Source: Eledone cirrhosa
Lineage: Eukaryota
DNA: 64,000 nt
Assembly (NCBI GenBank): GCA_964016885.1
Contig: OZ024740.1
Coordinates: 353,710,001 to 353,774,000 of the forward strand
Direction: 5' to 3'
In this document: piece by piece, positions 12,627 to 28,325 of the stretch
Position numbering within the stretch: position 1 is the stretch's first letter
Layout: each line of letters begins with the position of its first letter
Made by a program: the position numbers and the translations under genes
Notes under the pieces: model-generated
What the model was told of the DNA's origin: nothing
What the model saw: the letters and a program-made list of their open reading frames with translations, nothing else
Databases searched by the model: none

Positions 12627-13589
12627 ATGGAAAAATTTGAACAGGAACAAAACAGAGAGGCAGTACAACGAATGTTTATTAATTTCACGCTCTGGAGAGT
12701 GAGGTGGTGGTGGGGAACGACGTTTCGGGCATAAGCCCTTCCTCAGGTGAGAAGTGTGTGGGAACAGAGTTCAAAGGGTGTGTAGGGGAGTGGTGGAGAG
12801 ACATATAGCGAAAGGAAACGGTGCGAATGAAATTAAAAATAAAAATAAAAATAAAGCATGATCAAAATAAAAGGAATGAAATAAAAATAAATATAAAAGC
12901 ATGATCAAAATAAACTGAAATTAAAAAGGGGTAAAACAGGTGGTGGAAGGGTGTGGGGTGTGTAGGGGTGGTGGCGGGTGGAGTGGGGAGAGGGAGATGG
13001 GTGTCCGAGCGGGGAGGGCTGAAGGTGGTGTGTGTAGGTGTACGTGTGTGTGTGTGTATGTGAAAGTAAGGGTTGGGGGAAGAACGGGGTTGCATGTTCA
13101 GGAAGAGGTGTGTGTGTGTGGGGGGGGGGGGGGTTGTAGGTCGGAGTGTCTGTGCGTGTGTGGATAGAGGGGTGAGGGGAGAGGAATCAGGAGGCTGAGG
13201 GTGTAAATATGTGGTGGAAAGCACGTGTGTGTGGGGTTTAAGCGTGTTGTGGGTGTAGGTGGCGTGTGGGAGAAAAAATTTTTTTTGGGTGTGTGTGGGG
13301 GTGAGTTATATAGGTGATTCCGTAAGAGGATGGTTGAAATGTTGGTAAATTCCTATGATGTTTAGTAGATTCCGTGGTGGTCAAGTTCCACATACGAGTA
13401 TTCCATGAAGAGATGGTCGGAAGAGGAGAGATGTGGGGGTGCGCGCGCAACAGGAAGTGGTCAAGCGGTGGGAGTGCTGTGTGTCTGTTTGTGCTGGGAG
13501 GTGGTCAGAGGGCATAGCAGCAGTCGGGTGGAATGGTAAAGGGGCGAGGATGGGTAGGTGTGAAAGTTGGAGTGAGGAGGGTGTGTGTG

Positions 13590-13665
<76 letters not shown>

Positions 13666-13863
13666 CATACACATACACGCTTACACCTATAAAAACAATA
13701 AAATAAATATACAATATACTATAAAATAAAATAAAAATACAATATACAGTAGAATAGATATATAATAAAATAAATATACAATAAAATAAATATACAATAC
13801 ATCTATACACATTCACGTAACATACACATATACACACACACACATATACACATATATATACAT

Positions 13864-13940
<77 letters not shown>

Positions 13941-14115
13941 TGTACATACATACACACACTGCCTCGAGCTATCTGCCGGCGAAACAATTGTAACACAATA
14001 AACTGAGTCCAGAACCATCACTGATTTTTCGTTTTATATTATATCACACTCTGCTCTGTAAAAACATAGAGTGCTCAACTGGCATACCGCCTATGGAAGC
14101 ATCATAGATACCATT

Positions 14116-14120
<5 letters not shown>
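10695..14120. mobile_element. PLE-like remnant bounded by inverted ends (10695-10785 vs 13960-14040, plus tail), with CA/GT-rich interior and a nested PLE
   Basis: atctgccggcgaaacaattgta..cactgatttttcgttttatat occurs in both orientations. Hammerhead motif at 10739-10833 (-): tgtgt-CCGAAGA..GAAA-caattg-TA. Confidence 0.6.
12628..13590 (-). mobile_element. Decayed PLE 3' portion with minimal hammerhead at 12716-12749
   Basis: Minus strand cac-CTGAGGA-a-gggc.ttat.gccc-GAAA-cgtcg, a typical PLE terminal-repeat signature; flanked by (TA)n. Confidence 0.55.
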
Positions 14121-14154
<34 letters not shown>

Positions 14155-14169
14155 TATATATATATATAT

Positions 14170-14635
14170 ATATTAATAAGAGGAATTCCAACTTTGTCTG
14201 ATTTACTCGTTTTATTTACAATCCTTTAAAATATATAATGGTATTATAATGAAATAGTATGATAGAATATTAAATTCTAAGTATTAATTGAACAAGTACT
14301 TTCATGCTTTCGCAATCTTCAGGTTCATAATATGTGGTGACAGTGGAGTTTGCAATTTTCAACTGTGAAAATTGCTACAGTTGAAAATTTCAACAGTTGA
14401 AAATTGCAAACTCGACTGTCACCACATATTATGAACCTGAAGATTGCGAAAGCATGAAAGTACTTGTTCAATTAACACTTAGAATTTAATATTCTATCAT
14501 ACTATTTCATTATAATACCATTATATATTTTAAAGGATTGTAAATAAAACGAGTAAATCAGACAAAGTTGGAATTCCTCTTATTAATATAATCTTCTATA
14601 CACAATCATACACACCCGTGTATATTTACCTATCT
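14170..14635. mobile_element. Fold-back PLE-like remnant: ~200-bp near-perfect inverted arms plus ~45-bp tail, each arm with an intact hammerhead
   Basis: Arms ~14170-14365 and ~14394-14590; hammerheads at 14289-14327 (-) and 14432-14470 (+). Confidence 0.8.
14432..14470 (+). ncRNA. Minimal type I hammerhead ribozyme, canonical core
   Basis: tgaac-CTGAAGA-t.tgc.gaaa.gca.t-GAAA-gtac-TT-gttca; palindromic stem III (AAGTACTT). Confidence 0.8.
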
Positions 14636-14636
14636 A

Positions 14637-14729
<93 letters not shown>

Positions 14730-14806
14730 TTCATACGCGTTTTGCTGCTATCACTGTAGTCAAGACTACCTCATTCTACTCTCTCTCATACAGATAGAGT
14801 GACTGT

Positions 14807-14907
<101 letters not shown>

Positions 14908-15067
14908 TGTGAGTATATGAAGAGCGAGAGATACAGATAGATAGAATGACTGTGAATCTGGTGTTTGGCATAGACGATCATAAAGTTTATAATATTCCGT
15001 CCCTCATTTATTTCAAACATACATTTATTTCAAAGATTTCTTTTCTCTGTGTCAGCCACATATATAT

Positions 15068-15262
15068 ATTGCAAGTTGTTGTTGGTGTGTTAACTGAATT
15101 AACATTTGTAGAAATTTGTTGGGATGTTGTAGAGCGATTATTGTTTGATTGATTTGTCCTCTTCTCTCTTTGTCGTTGTGCGTCTGCTGCCATGCGTTGG
15201 GATTTAGATGAGAAATGTTTTCTGCGTCTCATGCTCACTTTCTGTCATGTATGTATAAATAT
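15068..15262 (-). repeat. Inverted copy of the Helitron 5' region (15514-15705)
   Basis: ORFs 15008-15238(-) and 15536-15748(+) encode near-identical peptides (RRKHFSSKSQRMAADAQRQRE). Confidence 0.9.
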
Positions 15263-15318
15263 ATGTTATCTCTACGGTGAAATCTTAGAAATAAATATAT
15301 GTTAAAACAAAATCTCTC

Positions 15319-15488
<170 letters not shown>

Positions 15489-15513
15489 TAGAGAGAGAGA
15501 GAGTGAAAGATTT

Positions 15514-18500
15514 ATTTATACATACATGACAGAAAGTGAATATGGGACGCAGAAAACATTTCTCATCTAAATCCCAACGCATGGCAGCAGACGCACAACG
15601 ACAAAGAGAGATGAGGGCAAATCAATCAAACAATAATCGCTCTACAACATCCCAACAAATTTCTACAAATGTAATTCAGTTAATACACCAACAACAACTT
15701 GCAACAAAATACACCAAACGTTCAGAGAGGAAGGAACAGGTCAATTGAAGGTCTGGCAAAGAATCCTACAGATGAACCTTTCCAAGAGCAAACTGTTCTT
15801 TCCATAATGCCACAACATAATGCAGGGAGTCTCTTTGCCTTTGTTTGTCCGCACTGCAAAGCTTATCGCTGGCCACATGAACCCAAATCTCTGTGCTGCT
15901 TCCAGGGAAAAGTGAAACTACCTCAATTTCCTCCTCCTCCACCAAATATACTGAAATATTTTGATATCACGTGCATATAACAATGTGCTTGCCTTAGCTT
16001 CAATTGGTTGCAAAAAGATTAAAGCACCAGGATTTAGTCCTACATTTAAGATCCAAGGTAAGATTTGTCTTATTATTGGATCACTACTTCCAAATGATGC
16101 TTCATCCGAGTTTGCGCAGCTTTACTTCTATGATACAGATCATGAGCTTCAGAATCGCTTGCGTAATGCTAATTTAGATGCTGCTGTCCTGCAGGACTTG
16201 CAAGAAGACTTGCACTACTGCAACACCTATATAAGAAGCTTCAAGTCAGTCATTGGAATGCCAGTCTCTGAAAATGTGAATATTGTCGTACATGCTGACA
16301 AAGTAAAACCCACTGATTTTCATTGTCGCACATATAATCTTCCCATAGCATCTGAGATTGCTGTTATTCAACCTGATACAGCATTAGGTCTATTGGATGT
16401 TATCATTCATAAAATAGATGGTGGTTTTCAGAGGATTCATCAGTTGCACCGTTCTTATGATCCTCTGCATTAATGTGCTACTGTCTCCTTGGGGGAATGA
16501 TGGGTTTCAGGTTGGTTTGAAAAGGATTGACAACAACCACACACTCACACCCACTGATTTCTACTGTTATCGGTTTCAGGTCACTGTAACATTATCATGA
16601 AGAGCAGGCGGCTGATGCAGCAATATGCTGTAGATGCCCAGGCAAAAATAGAACATTGTCGCCTCAAATAGGCCCGCAACAATCAAACCATGATACGAGC
16701 TGAAAAGTATGAGGGTTTGTATGATGCTGTGGCTGAAGGAGATTCAGTAAATGCAGGCCGGAGAATTGTTCCTCTCGCTTCTACAGTGAGTGCTTTCAAA
16801 ATTCGATGACTATGGTTCGACACATGGGAAAGCCATCTTATTTCATCACGGTAACAACTAACCCTAACTGGGATGAAATAAAAAATAGTTTGCACTCTGG
16901 TGAAGAAGCTAGAGACCGTCCTGATATTTGTGCAAGAGTCTTCAAGTATGACAGCCCCATGGATGACATACTGAACAAAAATGTCCTGGGAAAAGTTGTG
17001 GCTCATTCTGCTACAATAGAGTGACAGAAACGAGGCCTCACTCATGCTCATATTCTGCTGATAATGGCTGAAGATAGCAAGCCAAAACTTCTGATGCCAT
17101 TGATCAGGTAGTGTACTGTGAGATTCCTGATAAAGAGACCAATCCAATTCTGCATAAGATCATCACATCCTGCAACATTCATGGCTCATGTGGACAAGCT
17201 AATATGATGTGTTCATGAATGGAAGGGCTAGAACAACAACGCCATTGCTCAAAAAGTTATCCCATGGCATTCAGACAAACCACATTTGTTGCCAAAAATT
17301 TCTTTCCGGAGTATAGAAGAAGGGATAGACAGCATGGTGGTCACACCTTTACAATCCAACTTAAAGGTCAAGAATTTACTGTTGATAATCGTTGGATTGT
17401 TTCATACAACCCTTTCCTCTCATTGAGATATCAGTGCCACATCAATTGTGAGGTTTTCCACAGTGTTAAGGCTGTTAAATACTTATATAAGTACATTACA
17501 AAAGGATCAGACAAGATCACTTTCACTATTAAGGATGATCAAGGAAATTGTGTCCATGCCCAAAATGAGATTGAGACCTATATCAATGCACGGTACATCT
17601 CAGCCAGTGAAGCATTCTGGAGAATCTATAAATTTCCATTAAATCATCGAAAACCGCCAGTTGAAAAGTTGCCTTGCCATTTACCTGGGGAACAAATGGT
17701 CGTGTATGAGCGAGGGCAGGAATAAAGTGTTGTTTCTAGGGGACAGCCAATGACTAAGTTGACGGAATATTTTCAACTGAATATTAGATACCCACTGGCA
17801 CAAAACATATTGTATATTGATATTCCTAAATATTTCACTTGGACAAACAAAAAGTGGCAAAGAAGAAAAAAGGGACATCTGGATGGTGATCAACAATTTA
17901 TGAGTGAATCTCTTGGGCGCATTCCAACAGTATCTCCCAGTAGACATCAATCTGAATTATATTACCTCAGGATGATCCTACATCACAAGGCTGGGTCAAC
18001 TTCATACAAAGAATTGAGGACCATTGAAGGAGTTGAATTTCCAACATTCCAAGAAGCATGCAGGAAACTTGGTCTGCTAGATGAAGATGGAAAAAAAGAC
18101 AAAGCTATGGAAGAGGCCTCATCCATTACGCTTGGTCCTCAGCTGCGAGAGATCTTCTGCACCATTTTATTGTACTTGATGACAAATGACCCTCTGCAGT
18201 TCTGGGAGAAATGGAAGAATTTTCTTGCAGAGGATATCATGCATGAACATCATGAGTAAGTCATGTCCATGCAAACCGTGCAGATTGTTCTACAGAAGAT
18301 CCAACAAAGACTTCAACATGATGGCTTGGACATTCATGCCAACTATGGACTTCCTCGGCCAGACCCAACTATTGTTGCCATATCAGACATCAACAGGGTT
18401 TTTATGGCAGAAACTGATTTCAATACACACCAACTGCAAGCAAACATAAATGAACTTCTGCCAACATTGAATCCTGAGCAACTGGTTATTTTTCACAAAG

Positions 18501-20305
18501 TAATCACCCCTGTAAATGAAAATGAAGGCACCATTTTCTGCTTGAATGCAAGTGCAGGTACAGGAAAGACCTATGTCATAAACATCCTATTGGATTACCT
18601 CCGATCTAAAAACAAATTGCACTTGCCACTGCCATATCTGGAATAACAGCCACTTTGCTTCACAAAGGTAGAACTCTTCATTCCAAGTGCAAGATTCATC
18701 TCAATGTGACTGCTGAATCAACTTGCTTCTTCACAAAGAGGGATGACACAGGTAAACTTATGCAGCAAGCTGACCTGCTAATCATTGATGAGATAGGTAT
18801 GGGACATAAGCATATCTTTGAATGCCTTGACAGGAGCTTCAAAGATGTTCGAGATTGCAAAAAGCCATTTGGTGGTCTAACAGTATTACTATATGGTGAC
18901 TGGAAGCAAATTCTTCCAGTTGTACGTCATGGTGCTAGAAGACAAATAGTTGAGGCAACCATCAAGAGATCCTATCTCTGGGACTATATGGAAACCATGG
19001 AGATGACAACCAATCAACGGTTAATTAATGCAGAGGATTCTGATGAAAGACAGTTTGCAAACTACCTTCTTGATGTGGGAAATGGTAATATTCCAACTGT
19101 TCCAGCTGTAGGTGCATTCACAATTCTTCTGCCAAATGAACTTTGTCTGGAATATGGTAGTGTGTCTGGACTGTGTGATTTTGTGTATACAAATCTTCCA
19201 GGAAACTACACAAACCCACTATGGCTTGCATATAGAGCCATTATCACTCCAACAAATGATGCAGCAAGATTGGTGAATGAGTTCATGGTCAACAAGTTCC
19301 CTGGTCATGAAATAATCTACAGAAGCTCTGATACAGTAGATAATGAACTGCAATATTCAATTGAGTTCATCAACAAACTTACCCCATCAGGCTTCCCAAC
19401 ACACATACTTAAACTGAAGAAAGGCAGTTGCATCATGCTTCTGAGAAATCTGGATCCTCTAAACGGGCATTGCAATGGTACACGCTACATCATCATCAGT
19501 TTAAATAATCATGTAATTGAAGCTGAAGTGGCATTGGGTCTCAATGCTGGAACAAGGTTGCTAATCCCAAGGATACCACATGTATCTCAAGAGCTTGAGT
19601 TCCCTTTCACCTTTACTCGCAAGCAATTTCCTGTCAAACCAGCCTTTGCCCTTACATGCAACAAGGTACAAGGGCAGACGTTTGAAAAGATAGGTGTATA
19701 TCTACCAACACAATTCTTCTCACATGGTCAGATGTATGTTGCATTATCACGAGTTACAAAAAAAGAAAATATAAAAATATTAAATGAAAGGGGTCTGTTT
19801 GCTGACAACTGTGTCTACAAAGAAATTCTACAGTGATGTGAAACAGCTATCAATCTCTTTTAGTTGAAATGCATTTCAGTTACTTTTTAACTGCTAGAAA
19901 AGGGACACTACAAAAACTTAAGAAGTCTATATGTGAATACAGTAAAACAAGAATATAGCGAAGGTCAACTCTTCATATTGGTAAATGTAATTCATTCATT
20001 CATACCAGCAGCATCTATTTTCAAATTCACTGCTTGAAGCTTCCCATCAACATTCTCAAGTGAAGATTTATGAACATTTTCCGACAAAACTTCATCGCTT
20101 TTCCATCTCCATTATCGCCTTTTTTAAAAATGTAACATGAATTACTTTAGTGATTACAGAAGTAAGTGTAACACAGTCTTTGTTCAGTTTATGTGCATAT
20201 TGTCAATTTACGTATCATATCTATGTGCATATATATTTGCGTATATCAATATGCACACTATAAATGCTAGCAGAAAACCGCCCGAAAGGGCGGCTCTTCT
20301 GCTAG
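15514..20305 (+). mobile_element. Helitron (formerly autonomous, now decayed); 5' boundary uncertain
   Basis: RepHel coding remnants plus 3' terminus ccgccc.gaaa.gggcgg hairpin followed by CTAG|T at 20302-20306. Confidence 0.93.
15542..19836 (+). pseudogene. Helitron RepHel (Zn finger, HUH Rep, Pif1-family helicase) with multiple stops and frameshifts
   Basis: CPHCKAYRW..CCFQGKV; Rep motifs YFITVTTNPNW, E*QKRGLTHAHILL, YLYKYITKG; helicase ASAGTGKT, IIDEIGM, GDWKQILPV, KVQGQT, HGQMYVALSR, split over at least 8 ORFs. Confidence 0.93.
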
Positions 20306-20481
20306 TATAGATAATGTCATATAAGTATTTGGCGTTCTTACACGGTTTAAAGAGATAGTAAAGAGATAGTTGAGGTATGATCATAGTTTTATAACAAACA
20401 TACAAATATATGTTTATTATACATAAGCATGTTGTGTATGCTTCTAAATACGCTTCTATTAGCTATATATTTTATTCCTCA

Positions 20482-20546
<65 letters not shown>

Positions 20547-20547
20547 G

Positions 20548-20581
<34 letters not shown>

Positions 20582-20583
20582 CG

Positions 20584-20638
<55 letters not shown>

Positions 20639-21260
20639 GTATATATAGAGAGAGAGTGAGGGTTTCTATTCCAGAAATAAGGCAATTTCATTGGAATTTA
20701 GACAACATCAACTAAGTAATTATGTATGTATGTGTGCCGGTACGGATATTATATGTGGGTTTGTATGTTTTGAATTATATATGTGCCCATATACATATGT
20801 TTCTTTCTCTGCACGTGCGTATATACAGTTATTACATGCTTAACCTCTGGGATGCATTACGTATTTCAAATGTTTCATTAATAGATTGTACTTTAATTTC
20901 CTAATTAGGCGTGCTATTTCCGACTTTGGATGCCCAGTTTCTCAGGTTTTGTGTTGCGGCAGTAACGTGTCCAAGTACCTCAGTGTTCACAGATCTAAAG
21001 TTACAGTCATAGTGGAGTACCTGTAGGTGCCTCATTAGTTCCGCATAAGCCTACTTCTTATCATTAATGTTTAACACTAGATTGACATCTGCTGGGTAGG
21101 TGATTTCCACTAATGCTCATGCATTGTATTCTTTGTCCCATATCATTATAACTCGTCTATTATGTCTACATTTTTTGTTCCTGGATTGCAAAAGCATACT
21201 CTTCAAAATGAAAGCTATTATGTAAGTATGGATATATATGTACATACCTACACACACACA

Positions 21261-21310
<50 letters not shown>

Positions 21311-21324
21311 CATACATATATATA

Positions 21325-21729
<405 letters not shown>

Positions 21730-22149
21730 TAAAATATTCTTAGACTACGCTAACAATTTCGCCAAGTTATCGCCCTTGCCTGGCACTTTATTTATCAACT
21801 CCAGAAGGATGGAAAGTAAAGTTGAGGGACTTATTTTTCCTCTCGTTCCTTCTCCTCTGCCTTCATCCACGCTACTCGCTTTCCATAATGTTTGCAAGGT
21901 GGTGGCGTGGCTTGGCTGGTTATGCTTTGGGGATAGGTTTTCTCGGCTTCATGGCTCTCTCATCATCATCTCTCGACACATATAAAAGGATGAAATACTA
22001 TAAAAAATACAATAGAACACACTACATATAAAAATATGACAAATAAAACTACCGAACAGTGAAAAATAACTAAAACCCACAAAAGATGAGGCAATCCATA
22101 GAAAAACAACAAAAAGCACAGTAACAACAGAAATATATCCTCGAACCCA

Positions 22150-23025
22150 TACCTAGCACCAAGCAGAAAGAAAACCATACATCCCAATAGATCAACAAGA
22201 GTTACTTTTGAGGAGAATCTAATTGAAACAATAAAGACCATGGAAGAAGATATAAAAACAACGAAAAAGGACCAGCGTAAACATCTTCGCAAGCTACAAA
22301 ACAAACGAACACACTCTACAAAAGATACATAAATATAATAGATCCTCGCAATAAATTCTGTTCATAGGAATACAATGCACGAATATCAGCAAACAGAATG
22401 ATCGCATCTTATTACTAGTAGTTGTAGTACTGAGGGAAACAAGACTGGATCCTAATAGAGATTTAACCAAACATCAACCCGACACAAAATGGAATGTAAA
22501 TGGCACATGCATTTAAAGAGATAAAAATTGAAAAGACTTATCCTGACTCACCTAACTAGACAAAGATAGATACATCATGGAAAACAAACAAAAAGATCCA
22601 AATAACACAAATGTACAATGTCAGTAACGAAAGAAAACACACTGCAAGTTCGAACAAAGCATAATAGTAAAATATGCTTTGTCAGAATATGACGCTTTAA
22701 AAAAACGCGAAGGCTTATTCCGAGAGAATAAAGTATTTCAATCAAATAGCTAGAAGTTTTACAGTGATATTAACAAAAAAACCAAAACATCTAAATGTTT
22801 CTTGAAACACACCAATGAACATTTAGATATACTGTAGGGTTGAGGGATATTGAGTTAAGACGACCACCGTAACTGGGATTGAAAATGATCACAATTTCTA
22901 GATAAAAGAACAAATCCATCGATATATAGCAACAAAATTCAATGAAGTATGAAGCAGACCTGAATGAACATATAGATGGGTGTTGCAAGGGAAATCCACA
23001 CTAATCCCTAAATCAGAAAATGTAT
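22150..23025 (+). pseudogene. Old R4/Dong-type pre-RT region remnant
   Basis: RFKKREGLFRENKVFQSN*KFYSDI and LQGKSTLIPKSE resemble the pre-RT region of the element at 1-1528; many stops. Confidence 0.6.
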
Positions 23026-23149
23026 GCCTAGACGGCTCCGTTTCACCCTGGTGTTGAGAAACGAGAATGGGTCAGCAACAGATCATTTTGTTCTGTTTCT
23101 AGAGCTTTCGATATCGTTAATACAGTAGAAAGGGATGACAAAAACTCAG

Positions 23150-23250
23150 ACTACTGGAGCAACGTGAAATAAAGCGTCTTGCCCAAGGACACAAGGAATC
23201 AAACTCACAACCTTACGATTGTGAACAGAACAACCTAATCTTTAAGCCAC
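23150..23250 (-). mobile_element. tRNA-derived SINE family 2 with CORE-like domain (fragment)
   Basis: Minus strand tgtgtccttgggcaagacgctttatttcacgttgctccagt (CORE-type motif); related copies at 24.8 and 51.5 kb. Confidence 0.7.
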
Positions 23251-23558
23251 AAACTTCCATGTACCGTATATATACAGACATAATTTAGCGTATACTTCGA
23301 CTGTTCGACTGCTTGGTTTACAATTATATGTATATATATATATAGGAGGAAATTGTAGTTCACTTGAAGCATTGTGTAATGAGATATAAACGTTTGGAGT
23401 TGGAAGGCCAAGACAATGCAGGTATGGTTATAGAATATAAATACAAATGCAAAAGATATTGTTGACAATTAGTCTTTTAGCTTAAATTTATTTGAATATC
23501 CTTAATTTTCGAGATAATATCTCTTCTTTACTTCCCTCCGAAGAAGAGATATTATCTC

Positions 23559-23589
<31 letters not shown>

Positions 23590-24044
23590 TTTAGTATATG
23601 TTGGTTGTGTACCAACACCTAGTATGCAGATTGGAGCACTCGACGGGGTGCGCAGGTTGGTTTGGTTACTCCGGAGTAATGTAAAATAAGATAAAATAAA
23701 TAAGTCAAATGTTTAAAATTTGGCTTCGTTTATTACTGCTATATATATTTCGGTGACAGCCATCGTTGGCTGTGACCTCTTCAGGCAGTCCGAATTAGTG
23801 TGGTAGAGACGAGTACACATGTTGTTGAGGTGTATAACTTTGTCAATACTCTGATATGCCCAGTTCCTGGTTGGGTTGTTGTTCCATTGAGGAACTGGAA
23901 TCATATATATATATATATGATTCCAGTTATATATATATATTCCATATATATATGATTCCATATATATATGATTCCAGTATATATATGATTCCAGCAGTAA
24001 TAAACGAAGCCAAATTTTAAACATTTGACTATTTTATTTTATTT

Positions 24045-24052
<8 letters not shown>
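23590..24052. mobile_element. Fold-back PLE-like remnant with hammerhead at 23735-23789 (-)
   Basis: actgc-CTGAAGA-gg.tcacagcca.acga.tggctgtca.cc-GAAA-tatata-TA-gcagt; arm 23700-23739 is inverted at 23994-24030. Confidence 0.75.
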
Positions 24053-24714
<662 letters not shown>

Positions 24715-24769
24715 CACACATATATATCACCTTGATCACCTTGACTGACTAGTCTGTCAGGCGCCAATC

Positions 24770-24952
24770 CGCGCCGCTGGTCACAGCACGTCGTGCTGTT
24801 TTAGCCATAAGATAACTCCATCCCACTGGCTGGGCGGGCAAACCGGTATTAATTTCTACAGCTGAGTAAACTGGAGCAACGTGAAATAAAGTGTCTTGCT
24901 CAAGGAAACAACACATCACCCGGTCCAAGAATTGAACTCACAACCTTTCGAT
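24770..24952 (-). mobile_element. CORE-like tRNA-SINE family 2
   Basis: ctggagcaacgtgaaataaagtgtcttgctcaagg..aattgaactcac (B-box on minus strand). Confidence 0.7.
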
Positions 24953-25094
24953 ACACATATATATATTTATTTACTAATATATGAGGTTATAGTGTGTTAG
25001 TTCACTATTTTCATTGGTAAGATAAGTAAAGGTCAATGCCCTTTTTACCCTTCGTTCTATGGGAGCGAAAAGTTATAGTAGCAGAACATTTATA

Positions 25095-25671
<577 letters not shown>

Positions 25672-25675
<4 letters not shown>

Positions 25676-27225
25676 AACGAGTAGTACCCCGACGGCTGAG
25701 CTCAAGCCGTTTCGACGGCTAGTTCTGGACTAAATGAACATTTTTATCCTGGTATATGAATAGCCGAGCTTCTCAGGGGGTAATTCCATATATGGTAAAA
25801 GTGATTGTCACAAGGATTGGTCAAAAGTTTGTTGTTGAGACACATAATTCTATCATGGCAATTTGTGGAAGGAAGGGGTAGCTGAACCTGCCAGTAGAAG
25901 AAAGAGGGAGAGGGAGTGGAGGAAATCCATTCGTGCGTTGATAGTGCCAACTACAGCAGGGCAGGAGGTCAAGCAAGTATACTAGGGAGGGGGAGGGGGA
26001 GGAAGTCGAAACAATAAGTAAATCAATATGGAAAAAAAAATACTGATATACGAGAAATTAAAGCAGAGATACCACTAAGAAAAGTAGAAAGCACGGAAAT
26101 GGGGCAGCCATCGGATAAGAAAGCAAGTATCTGGGGTCTATCACATCTGCTATAAAGATGTGATAGACCCCAGATACTTGCTTTCTTATCGGATGGCTGC
26201 CCCATTTCCGTGCTTTCTACATTTCTTAGTGGTATCTCTGCTTTAATTTATTTCTCGTATATCAGTATTTATTTATTTATTATTTTTTTTTGGTGAGGGG
26301 GGGGGGGGGGAGGATTCTGAATTCATTTTCCGTATCACATTTTTCATATACTTCGTACGAGCATTTATGTAGTTTGCACTAGAATTTTTGTATCGTAGTG
26401 GCACCCTTAGAGATAGTATTAGTATTCATTTTCGGAATTCTGAATTGTTATTTCGTATTAGTTTATTTTTTGCACTGGGTGGTTGCTGACCTTGTGCCTA
26501 GGGTAGAGACAATTATTTCGTATTAGTTTCGGGACTGAATTATTATTTCGTGGTAGTTTCTTTAGTATTTTGGCCCCCCACTTGTTGACCTGTCACCGTA
26601 AGATATACTCGGTTGATTACTACTAACTCTTAAAATGGTCTCATTACAATTCCGTCCCACCTAGTAAACTTTTCTATAGTTTAGCAGTTTCAGTGAGAGA
26701 CTTGATGGCTGTCGTTAGGGAATAGTAACCAGAAATTGTTTTTTTTATATTTTTAACATTCTTGGTATTTTTCTATATATTTACTCCATATTGATTTACT
26801 TATTGCTTCGACTTCCTCCCCCTCCCTCTCTCTCTAGCATACTTGCTTGACCTCCTGCCCTGCTGTAGTTGGCACTATCAACGCACGACTAAGTTTCCTC
26901 CACCCCTCTCCCTCTTTCTTCTACTGGCAGGTTCAGCTACCCCTTCCTTCCACAAATTGCCATGATAGAATTATGTGTCTCAACAACAAACTTTTGACCA
27001 ATCCTTGTGACAATCACTTTTACCATATATGGAATTACCCCCTGAGAAGCTCGGCTATTCATATACCAGGATAAACATTTTCATTTAGTCCAGAACTAGC
27101 CGTCGAAACGGCTTGAGCTCAGCCGTCGGGTCCTACTCGTTCCTATTACCCACTCTACTACCCTAAGTATTGAGTACTTTGATGCGTTATGGTCCACCTG
27201 GTTCCTTACCACATTTCCTTCGTTA
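25672..27225. mobile_element. Large fold-back copy of PLE-like family A (arms ~480 bp, centre ~26152; right arm carries an extra ~500 bp at 26270-26785)
   Basis: ORFs 25744-25950(-) and 26847-27074(+) mirror each other; hammerhead motifs at 25686-25781 (-) and 27037-27131 (+). Confidence 0.85.
27037..27131 (+). ncRNA. Type I hammerhead motif, core CUGAGAA, long stem II loop
   Basis: acccc-CTGAGAA-gctcggcta..tagccgtc-GAAA-cggct.tgagctc.agccg-TC-gggt. Confidence 0.65.
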
Positions 27226-27245
27226 TATATATATATACATATGTG

Positions 27246-28325
27246 TTAGGGTGGCCCTTAGCAATTGGTAATTTTCTGAAAGTTAAAATTCCTAATCCTG
27301 TTTTCATTAACAAAAATACGGGGTGTGAAAAATTTCAGCTCAATCGGACAACTTTAGGCGCCTCCTCAACGATTAATTCTGTTCAAAAGCGATATACTGT
27401 TCCCTATCTCGACCATTTTCTTTTTGCTTCTGAGAGAAATTTATGTGGACACATCCAGGCAACCCCACCAAATGTTTTAAAACGTTCTGAATCAAATTTA
27501 CCAATAGTTAATTTGAAAAATTCCTGAAATAACATGAAAAACTTAAGAAATATTAGGTTTTCTTAATAAAGCACACAACTTCTATAAGAGAAACGCATTT
27601 TTATTTACAACAATAATTTCTATAGAATCAAAAAACATAATGTAAACACTGAACACTGAATATTGAACATTATTTTTCATCCTTACGGGGTCGATAAAAT
27701 AAAGTACGAGTAATACACTGGGTAATTGCTGACCTTGTGCCTAACGTAGAAACAATTATTTTTGAATAGCGGCGGTGGTTTGCAGTATCGGTAGAGGGTC
27801 AGACACTATGCTTTGACGCATAGTTACGGCCCTTTCCATTCTGAGTTCAAATCCCGCCGAGGTCAACTTTGCCTTTCATCCTTACGGGGTCGATAAAATA
27901 AAGTACCAGTAATGTACTGACTAATTGCTGGCCTTGTGCCAAAAGTAGAAACAATTATTTTTTAATAAGAGAGGATTTAGTGTCAGTTGGGTATGTTTTA
28001 CGGTTTTCGGTAATGATCTGTAAAACAAATTGTTTCTCAGTTTCATCTTTTGTGAGAATGTTATTGTAACCATGAATGAGTTTGACACCTCTTCCGGCAA
28101 CATAATTCACAACAACTGTCTTCTCAAGTTTTTCAAGTCCACTTTTGTAACCATGTTGAAGGGTCTTTGTCGAGGAAATCGGTACTGATAGAAAATCTTG
28201 CGATGGAAGTTTTTGTACCAGGAGTTACAAAAGACGATGTTTGTAAAGGAAGAAAAGTCATTTTCGTGCAGAATGTACCTCTTCAGTTGATTTTATCACC
28301 TTTGTCTGCTTCCAGCATAACTTGA
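27246..28325 (-). mobile_element. Cut-and-paste DNA transposon remnant (tentatively Sola2-like), interrupted by SINEs
   Basis: End motif TTAGGGTGGCCCT (also at 28809); minus-strand VVNYVAGRGVKLIHGYNNILTKDETEKQFVLQIITENRKTYP resembles the VND.AERGVKL..TKDE.Q transposase C-terminus. Confidence 0.6.
27675..27960 (+). mobile_element. Two tandem SINE family 1 copies (3' half at 27675-27760; full at 27770-27960)
   Basis: Both match the family consensus. Confidence 0.88.
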
